Assembly: GCA_964344235.1 (NCBI GenBank)
Contig: CAYFMJ010000013.1
Coordinates: forward strand, 1-22,181
Direction: 5' to 3'
Length of the DNA stretch: 22,181 nt
Origin: an uncultured Methanosarcinales archaeon
Lineage (GTDB): Archaea > Nanobdellota > Nanobdellia > Woesearchaeales > GW2011-AR9
Position 1 is the first letter of the stretch, and every line of letters begins with the position of its first letter. Positions 7,578 through 14,526 of this stretch are shown one piece after another. A program made the translations under genes and the position numbers. The notes below the pieces were generated by a model. That model saw nothing but the letters and a program-made list of their open reading frames with translations, ran no database searches and was not told the origin of the DNA.

Positions 7578-8438
7578 TTATCTATTGATTTTTATTTTAT
7601 AATAGTTGTGTTTCTTGTCAACGAAAATGGTGGAGTTTGGTTTGATTTTTTCATAACAGAGAAACGTCCAGGGGATGAAAATGTCAACAAAGTAATTGAC
7701 TTCTTCTTTTGTCATGCATTTACCCTTTGCCTTACATAGCCGTTTTGCTTGCAGAAAACGCCATTCTTTATGGATATTAGGACAGTTGTAGATGGCGGAG
7801 TAAACACAGTCTGGTTTAATGGAGATCACATAATCAATTTTTTCCCATAGTTTTTGATATTGTGGAATGTATTTAAGAACTGCTTTGTGATAGTTTAGTT
7901 GTGGGTCGAGTTTCTTCAAATCGATGTCGTGTTTTTTGCAGATTCTTTGGAGAATTGATGAAGTAACAGTGGGAATGCCGACACACCACCCTTCAAACAG
8001 TAGGAAGTCTAGCTTCTTTGTAATGCGTTTTGTTTTGGCAACACCACCTTGGGCGTTGTGAAGCGATTTATCAAATACTGGAATGGAAAAATGCTTGCCT
8101 GCTTTGGCTTTTTGTAGTGTAGAGAAGAGGTCTTTGACTTTATGCGTGCCAGGCATACCTCGAGAGATTTGGTAAAATGGGTTATTTTTATGTTTTCTTG
8201 AGAGTTGTTTTCGTTTGGTAATTGTTTCATAGAAATCGTCAATAGAAAATGAAGCGACGTTGTAACCTCTTTGTTGTAATTCTTTGTGTAGGTGCTTAAG
8301 AATTGTTGTTTTTCCAGTTCCCTGGCCACCCTGCATGCCAACGACGAATGGTTTATTGTTGTGTTTCTTTTCTAATCTATCTACAAGAGGGTTGATAATT
8401 CGTTTGTGTTCTTTCTCAGTAAACCTTCTCGCACCCAT
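7578..8438 (-). CDS. D-glycerate 3-kinase (GLYK/Tda10)-like P-loop kinase
   Basis: Motifs G-QG-GKTT, FSIDDFY, RG-PGTH, IPVFDKSL, LFEGWCVG, WR--Q and M---EV--FV are those I associate with the GLYK family. TATA at 8460-8467. Confidence 0.8.
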   Translation of the reverse strand: MGARRFTEKEHKRIINPLVDRLEKKHNNKPFVVGMQGGQGTGKTTILKHLHKELQQRGYNVASFSIDDFYETITKRKQLSRKHKNNPFYQISRGMPGTHKVKDLFSTLQKAKAGKHFSIPVFDKSLHNAQGGVAKTKRITKKLDFLLFEGWCVGIPTVTSSILQRICKKHDIDLKKLDPQLNYHKAVLKYIPQYQKLWEKIDYVISIKPDCVYSAIYNCPNIHKEWRFLQAKRLCKAKGKCMTKEEVNYFVDIFIPWTFLCYEKIKPNSTIFVDKKHNYYKIKINR

Positions 8439-8469
8439 AGGAGAATAAAAGAATAAAGGAATATAAAGT

Positions 8470-8982
8470 TTACTTTAGCAACTCAACGATCTTCTGAGCA
8501 AATGCTGCGGCTGCTTCGGGGCCATCAGCAGTTACAATGTTCCCGTCAACGACTACGTGTTCGTTTTGGTATGTTGCGCCTTGTTGTTCGAGAATGTTAG
8601 AAGTGCGCTGATCGCCGTTCCAGACAGTCGCTTTCTTACCATCCAGAACACCAGCATAGGCTAAGATCGTTGGAGCGATACAAATAGCAGCAAGCACTTT
8701 CTCTTGATTAATAGCTTCCTGAGCGGTTAAATGAGCTTGTACATCATGTTGAAAATTCACTGCACCAGGACCGCCAACGAAAACAATGGCAGCAAATTCA
8801 GCGACGTCAACATCGTCAATGGAGAGGGAGGCTGTGGTTCTCGTACCAAATTTACCAAGACATTCGCCAGGATGTTTGGAGACTGTAACAACGTCAAAAT
8901 CGGCAGCTTCAAAAATTCCTTTAGGCAATTTGTATTCGTCATCTTGGAAACCGTTTTGTGCGATAATTAATGCAATTTTCAT
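8470..8982 (-). CDS. DJ-1/PfpI family protein
   Basis: Motifs GFQDDE, FVGGPG, nucleophile elbow AAICIAP, VVVDGNIVTADGP. Confidence 0.92.
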   Translation of the reverse strand: MKIALIIAQNGFQDDEYKLPKGIFEAADFDVVTVSKHPGECLGKFGTRTTASLSIDDVDVAEFAAIVFVGGPGAVNFQHDVQAHLTAQEAINQEKVLAAICIAPTILAYAGVLDGKKATVWNGDQRTSNILEQQGATYQNEHVVVDGNIVTADGPEAAAAFAQKIVELLK

Positions 8983-9002
8983 GATTTCAGAAAAAAGAAA
9001 CT

Positions 9003-9012
9003 TTTATTTAAA
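9003..9012. promoter_or_regulatory. Shared bidirectional TATA between PfpI and the antiporter gene
   Basis: TTTATTTAAA on plus ends 20-22 nt before ATG 9033. On minus, TTTAAATA ends 22 nt before ATG 8982. The intergenic gap is only 50 bp. Confidence 0.6.
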
Positions 9013-9032
9013 CATTATTGTTATTGTATAGT

Positions 9033-10004
9033 ATGCTTATTGAATTTATTTCCATTCTGGCGGGAGTTGCGATTATCTTAGCGTTATCACATTCGATTAT
9101 CAATAATACTGTACGGTTAGCAGATCATTTTGGTTTATCACATACGTTTATTGGGTTAACCGTCTTATCGATAGGGACAAGTATTCCAGAAATAATGACG
9201 CATATTATTGGGAGTGCGAACATTCTCAGTAATCCTGCGAGTATGAATACGTTATCGGGGTTGTTAATTGGGACAAATATTGGATCTGATATTGTCCAAC
9301 AGAATTTTATTCTGCCGTTAATTGGAATTATTGGAGTTATTTTAGTTATCAAGAAAAATTTGTTTGCGCAAATGGGAGGTTTAATCGGAGCTGCGTTGTT
9401 AGTGTTAATTTTCTCTGTCGGGGGGAGGATCACTCGGGTGGAAGGGGGAATTTTATTGATTGCGTACGTTGCGTACTTATTGTATTTGAAATTACGAAAA
9501 GTGGAAGAGAAGTATAAAGCGGAGAATCATTTAACAAATGGAGAAGTTGTACAAGCGATGTTATTTGTGGCGATTTCGTTCGTAATTGTGGCGTTTGTTG
9601 CTGATTTTGTGTTAGGGCAGTCAGAGGTGTTATTGGAATCGTGGTCTATTAGCGCATCGTTCTTTGGATTGATTTTATTGGGTGTTGCAACAGCATTGCC
9701 AGAATTAATGACCGCGCTTGTTGCGGTGTTGAAAAAGAAGAGTGAAATCTCTGCAGGAATTTTAATTGGCAGTAATATTACGAATCCATTATTTGGAATT
9801 GGGATTGGGGCGGTTATTTCAGAATACGTAGTGCCAAAAGTAGTAGTGTATTATGATTTGCCATTCAAAATAGTAACGGCAGGGTTGCTTTATTACTTTT
9901 TGATGAGCGGGAAAAAATTGAGAAAATGGGAGGCAGGATTAATGATAGCGTTGTTCTTGGCGTATTTAGCGGTACGGCAGATTTATTTCCCCGTTGATTT
10001 TTAG
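9033..10004 (+). CDS. Ca2+/Na+ (CaCA, YrbG/NCX_Mj-like) antiporter
   Basis: Two alpha repeats (GTSIPE...IGSD and ATALPE...IGSN) and about 10 TM segments. Start moved from TTG 9018 to ATG 9033 on TATA spacing. Confidence 0.9.
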   Translation: MLIEFISILAGVAIILALSHSIINNTVRLADHFGLSHTFIGLTVLSIGTSIPEIMTHIIGSANILSNPASMNTLSGLLIGTNIGSDIVQQNFILPLIGIIGVILVIKKNLFAQMGGLIGAALLVLIFSVGGRITRVEGGILLIAYVAYLLYLKLRKVEEKYKAENHLTNGEVVQAMLFVAISFVIVAFVADFVLGQSEVLLESWSISASFFGLILLGVATALPELMTALVAVLKKKSEISAGILIGSNITNPLFGIGIGAVISEYVVPKVVVYYDLPFKIVTAGLLYYFLMSGKKLRKWEAGLMIALFLAYLAVRQIYFPVDF

Positions 10005-10801
10005 AGTTTGCTTGTTAAAGTTAAAGCAGCTGCACGCATCTCTTCACGAGTGTTGAAACGACCCTCTGCTTTGTTTTGATAAATCCCTCTACCGACAATT
10101 GCGTGAAATCTTGGTCCTGCTGCTTCCGCTCCCTTACTTAATTCACCGCCTTGTGCTACTAAACCAGGCGACCAAACTGTGAGTTCTGGAAACCCAAGGT
10201 CATCTAATCGCTCTCTATACTTGGTAATCTGGCTTGGTTTATTCCCAGGAAATACAAAGTTGGTAATACCCATGCGAGCTGCGATTTCATAGATGTCAGA
10301 GGGTGCTCGTCGAGTGATATAACCAGTAGCCAAAAATCTTATGCCGAGTCCTCTAAGTATTTCTGTATAATTTATACCAGAATTGCCATTACTAATATCT
10401 CCTTCTAAGTAGCGTGGGTGAGTCATCTCTCCACCAATAATAACCGGAAGATCTATCTCTTGCGCTGCTCTAATCCATTCATATTGGGTAACTGGGCCAG
10501 CTTGAGGAAAGAGAATAATTGCATCAATGCCTGCTTCTTTTACAGGACCCATCATTGTTTTTGCCGTCGCAGGGATATCTGTTCCCCATTTCTGTGGATC
10601 AAAGATGAGTGGTTTGTCTGTGTGTTCCCGTGCTGCGGCAACAACAGCATCATAGCCTGGGCGACCCATTAATGCAAGGCCAACTTTGTAGCCACCAACC
10701 GCGTCAATATCTGCAGTAGCTGCTACGATATCTCTAAACACTTCCAAAGGAACATCACATGCTGGTACAACACTTCTATCTCTTTCAATTATTCTTGTCA
10801 T
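10001..10801 (-). CDS. pyrF: Orotidine-5'-phosphate decarboxylase
   Basis: Motifs PACDV, GYKVG, D-QK-GTDIP, IILFPQAGP, EMTH, SPG--AQGG and IVGR-IY. True start is probably ATG 10801, preceded by GAGGT-AATAATA, rather than 10846. Confidence 0.9.
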   Translation of the reverse strand: MTRIIERDRSVVPACDVPLEVFRDIVAATADIDAVGGYKVGLALMGRPGYDAVVAAAREHTDKPLIFDPQKWGTDIPATAKTMMGPVKEAGIDAIILFPQAGPVTQYEWIRAAQEIDLPVIIGGEMTHPRYLEGDISNGNSGINYTEILRGLGIRFLATGYITRRAPSDIYEIAARMGITNFVFPGNKPSQITKYRERLDDLGFPELTVWSPGLVAQGGELSKGAEAAGPRFHAIVGRGIYQNKAEGRFNTREEMRAAALTLTSKL

Positions 10802-10806
10802 TATTA

Positions 10807-11752
10807 TTACCTCTCCAATCTTGGAAATCCATGTGCAGCACCCCACCCCAAAGGATCTTCACGCCATCGTTGGAGTAGTGCTTTCTGCGACTTCTAATAA
10901 AGTATCGTAATCTAGAATTGAATGCAAAGGAGTGTCAACTCTGGCGAAACTAGCTGCACTTGTGTCAAGGCCGTAATTAAAAATTGAGAGGCAAGCGACG
11001 ACATTGGCTCCATTTTTCTGTTCCTCAGCAATTTCTTTCGCTGCGCTTCCTCCCATACTCACAAGATCTTCAACCTTTAGAACCTTTTTACCAAAAGCAG
11101 GATTAATTCCCTCTCGATATGCCTCTCTTTCAAGAGGGCGTGAGTCTCTGCCAACAACCGTAACACCTCGCTCTTCTAACACGGCAACAGCTCGATCACA
11201 GTACTGCTCTGCAGGATCGACAAAACGATCAATGACAAAAGCTCTTTGTCCAGGAACAATGAGTCCTTCGGTTTGCTGCTTTAAGCCATGGCCTTTCTTC
11301 TTTTGTCGTACATACATGAACGGTAGTTGATGAGCATTTGCAGCAATAACTCCCGGAACAATAGCATAAGGGCACGTGCTGGCAATAGCCTCTGCATCTC
11401 CAATATCAGTTTCTTTATACCTCTCAAAGAGCTCTGGAGTAAAGAGAAGTGATCTCTCGGGGGTTTGCAAAAGAAGAGGCAACCCATATTGTTCCGCCAG
11501 TGATACGGCTGGTGCGATACCAGCAGTCATCGTGCCTGAGATCATTTCCGGTTCCAAGCCACGGTCCCAAATGAGAGATTCAAACCCCACAGTAACGAGA
11601 AGACGATGTGCAGGGTCACCGAGTAGTTTACGGTTATCATTATAAATTGGCATACGGTAACCGGAAGCCCACGTAAAAGGATCGTCAGGAGAAAGTTTAA
11701 TGGAAGGGATATCTAGTGAAACTTTGGCAAGTCGTCTTCCATAGTCATTCAT
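10807..11752 (-). CDS. pyrE: Orotate phosphoribosyltransferase with a nested duplicated PRT core and a frameshifted C-terminus
   Basis: Motifs PFTWASG-RMPIYNDNR, GT-TAGI, YVR-K-K-HG, VEDLVSMGGS, SIFNYG and DYDTL-EVA. The track ORF ends at 10859, but the +1 frame 10890-10807 encodes SQKALLQRWREDPLGWGAAHGFPRLER*. Confidence 0.88.
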
Positions 11753-11815
11753 AATAATGAGAATGTAATGATGACTTAAATAGTTATATCCAACACAAAA
11801 TATATTCAGAAGAGG

Positions 11816-13171
11816 TTACTTTGTTGTCTTAATGTGAACGTCCCTCAGTTGTTCCCCAGAAACTCCAGACGGTGCGTCCATCATGATGTCACGCGCTTCT
11901 TTATTTTTTGGAAACGCAATAACGTCCCTAATTGATTCTTTCCCTGCCATAATCATTGCCCATCGATCCAAGCCAAATGCAATACCACCATGTGGAGGAG
12001 CGAACTGTAACGCATCTAGTAGGAAGCCGAATTTTTCTTTCGCTTCTTTTTCTGATAACCCTAACGCTTTGAAAACTTGTTTCTGTAAATCATTATCATG
12101 AATCCTAATCGACCCGCCACCGATTTCAAATCCATTTAACACTAAATCATAAGCACGGCTGTGCACTTTCTCTTTAGCATCTTCTAGGTATTTCACATCA
12201 TCCATATTCGGAGAAGTGAAAGGGTGGTGCATTGCAACAAATCTATTTTCTTCTTCACTAAATTCGAACATAGGAAAATCAGTAACCCACAAGAAGGCAA
12301 ACTCTTCTCCTTTCTTTCGTAGATCGGGTTTGTCAGAATTATGTTTTTTCATAACTTCTTTGTATGTCATTCTCGGGAATGGTGTTTTAATATCCTTGTT
12401 AAGAACTTGTTTAAAGACAAATTTCATTAAACGTTCCATGGAGTCATAGATGTCTTCTTCATCAACAAAACTCATCTCTATGTCAAGTTGGGTGAACTCC
12501 GGTTGTCGATCTGCTCGTAGGTCCTCATCCCTAAAACAACGGGCTATTTGAAAATACCGATCGAAGCCAGAGACCATCAATAATTGTTTGAAGATTTGTG
12601 GTGATTGAGGTAGGGCAAAGAATTTCCTTGGAAAGGTTCTACTTGGTACAATATAGTCACGGGCACCTTCCGGTGTTGATTTTGCTAGAATGGGAGTTTC
12701 GATTTCCACAAAGTTTTCTTTATCGAGAAATGTGTGAATTGCATTGAGTAATTTATGTTTTAACACAATAGACTGTTGCATTTCTGGTTGGCGAAGATCT
12801 AAGTATCTGTATTGTAATCGCGTTTCTTCCGTTGACTCAACGTTGAAGTCTAGAGGTAGCTCCGGAACTTTTTTGAGAATAGTGATTTCAGTGGCAGATA
12901 ATTCGATCTCTCCGGTTCCTTTCCCTTTCACTTGGTTCGCTGGACGGGCTTTCACTTCCCCTTTTACCTGCAGGACATCTTCCCTACTAAGTGTTTTGAA
13001 TTCCTGTGCTAAGTCTTTATTGAGAAATACTTGTGTTTTACCATATCGGTCACGTAAATGTAAGAAACCAATTTTCCCACCTATACGAACGGAGTCAACC
13101 CAACCGGCTAGTGAAACTTTTTTACCAGCATGTTTCTTGGATAATTCCCCACATGTATGAGTTCGTAACAT
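11816..13171 (-). CDS. aspS: Aspartyl-tRNA synthetase, bacterial type, lacking the GAD domain
   Basis: Motifs RTH-CG, STPEGARDY-VPSR, LPQSPQ-FKQLLM, CFRDEDLRADRQPEFTQ-D-EMSF, HHPFT, GGGSIRIH and PPHGG-A-GLDR. 451 aa. Confidence 0.96.
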   Translation of the reverse strand: MLRTHTCGELSKKHAGKKVSLAGWVDSVRIGGKIGFLHLRDRYGKTQVFLNKDLAQEFKTLSREDVLQVKGEVKARPANQVKGKGTGEIELSATEITILKKVPELPLDFNVESTEETRLQYRYLDLRQPEMQQSIVLKHKLLNAIHTFLDKENFVEIETPILAKSTPEGARDYIVPSRTFPRKFFALPQSPQIFKQLLMVSGFDRYFQIARCFRDEDLRADRQPEFTQLDIEMSFVDEEDIYDSMERLMKFVFKQVLNKDIKTPFPRMTYKEVMKKHNSDKPDLRKKGEEFAFLWVTDFPMFEFSEEENRFVAMHHPFTSPNMDDVKYLEDAKEKVHSRAYDLVLNGFEIGGGSIRIHDNDLQKQVFKALGLSEKEAKEKFGFLLDALQFAPPHGGIAFGLDRWAMIMAGKESIRDVIAFPKNKEARDIMMDAPSGVSGEQLRDVHIKTTK

Positions 13172-13213
13172 AGTTGGGTAGAATTATGGGTGGTTTTTAT
13201 GTATTTTGGTATT

Positions 13214-13984
13214 TTAGAGTCTTCTGTTCTGAATATCCAAAGCAGTAGACAGTTTAGGTGCTGAGTATCTCCTATACAAGCCAGGGATTGCTTTGTTATC
13301 ATTCGGCACATATCCTGTCAGTAAGACTAACCAACTATCATGTGGCACTCGTCCTTCTCCCTCACCAAGATGGGCACTAGTTAGCCAAGATTCAACATAT
13401 TCCCCATTGTTTACCTTACGTAACTCTAAACTAGGGAAATCACCCTTGTTTGCATGAACATAAGGGAGTGCATCTGGTGCGAAGCGAAATAAATTAGTTC
13501 CATCACGTAAAAACGCGTCATTTGGAACTCCTTGGTTCTTACAATATTGAACGGCAGCGCCCCAATCGTGGAGTATCATGTGAACGGGGGTTATCACTGC
13601 TTCTAGATCCCTCAGTGTGTGTGAAAAAGGAACTGCTGCAAAATACTCTCCAACTAAATCATTGGATTGAGAATTTACGGGTTTTGTCCCCAAATAAAAT
13701 TCAGTAGATGATAAATCTGAAATGTCGGTAACGGTTGCAAATGCTTCTGTTATTATCTCTTGATATCTTTCACTTGTAACCAATCTGGGGTCAAAACGAA
13801 TTGCACCAGCCATCTGTGTTACTAGTAAACCCAAAACATGCTCTGAAAGTTCACCCTCACCAAGGTGGCGTTCTATGAGGCCTTTAATGTCAAGAACTAC
13901 CCGTGAGCCTTCATCAAGTGCGTTCGTTACAGCAGCAACATCATCATCAGTGAAACCGATTCCTTGAATTTGATAAGATTGCAA
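13214..13984 (-). CDS. Hypothetical protein (orphan), start uncertain
   Basis: 256 open codons with protein-like composition. It starts at a TTG immediately after an in-frame TAA, and I found no TATA at standard spacing. Confidence 0.65.
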   Translation of the reverse strand: MQSYQIQGIGFTDDDVAAVTNALDEGSRVVLDIKGLIERHLGEGELSEHVLGLLVTQMAGAIRFDPRLVTSERYQEIITEAFATVTDISDLSSTEFYLGTKPVNSQSNDLVGEYFAAVPFSHTLRDLEAVITPVHMILHDWGAAVQYCKNQGVPNDAFLRDGTNLFRFAPDALPYVHANKGDFPSLELRKVNNGEYVESWLTSAHLGEGEGRVPHDSWLVLLTGYVPNDNKAIPGLYRRYSAPKLSTALDIQNRRL

Positions 13985-14265
13985 TTAAACAGCACATTAC
14001 ACGAATAGCGAAATATGGTCTTAGTGAAAGACTCATCTCAAAAGAAAGCGCCGCAGATTTTTTTGAAGGGGACCAATCGAATTACCGATTGCTTCCAGAT
14101 CATTTGTTTAATCCGAACCCAACCCACATTTATGCAGATAAAGTAGCCATTATCCTCTGGGGGAATCCGATGCATGGTATTATTATGCAAAATAAGCAAG
14201 TAGCTGATGCTAATAGAAAATATTTTCAAATTTTATGGGATATGGCAAGAGAAAAATCAAAGTAA
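13954..14265 (+). pseudogene. 5'-truncated C-terminal half of a DPANN/CPR TrmB-like regulator, not in the ORF track
   Basis: Frame +1 reads NRFLEFDKIAIKQHITRIAKYGLSERLISKESAADFFEGDQSNYRLLPDHLFNPNPTHIYADKVAIILWGNPMHGIIMQNKQVADANRKYFQILWDMAREKSK*. The Y-DKVAII-W...I-N--VA...YF--LW tail is typical of this family. There is an in-frame TGA at 13951-13953 and no start codon before TTG 14089. Confidence 0.75.
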
Positions 14266-14481
14266 TTTTCTAATAAGGGCATTTGTTCCTAACAAAAGTA
14301 ATATCCCAACAATAAGGGAAGCGTATGCACTTAGGACAAAACTCTCAGCAAAAAGATAGTGGTCAAACAATTGCCATACACCTCTCCAGAATGCAACAAC
14401 AGCAACCCCAACAATTAGAGAGAATGTAATTTGGTAATTAGTTTCTAATTGGTTTATTCTTCTAAATAAGTTGTGTAACAT
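14257..14481 (-). CDS. Small two-TM membrane protein with a WRG-W-L-D motif
   Basis: 74 aa with two hydrophobic helices, the motif VVAFWRGVWQLFDHY, and a TATA-like TATTAATA at 14506-14513. Confidence 0.8.
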   Translation of the reverse strand: MLHNLFRRINQLETNYQITFSLIVGVAVVAFWRGVWQLFDHYLFAESFVLSAYASLIVGILLLLGTNALIRKLL

Positions 14482-14526
14482 GGGAAAGAGAAAGGACAGC
14501 GAGGTTATTAATACATGTAAGAAAAA

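Noticed and set aside
10802-10846. N-terminal extension MGCCTWISKIGEVII of PyrF in the track
   Set aside because: The region encodes the displaced PyrE tail in another frame, and an SD-like GAGGT precedes ATG 10801.
14038-14229. 63-aa minus-strand track ORF
   Set aside because: It is the antisense shadow of the plus-strand TrmB-like fragment, which has a recognisable family signature.
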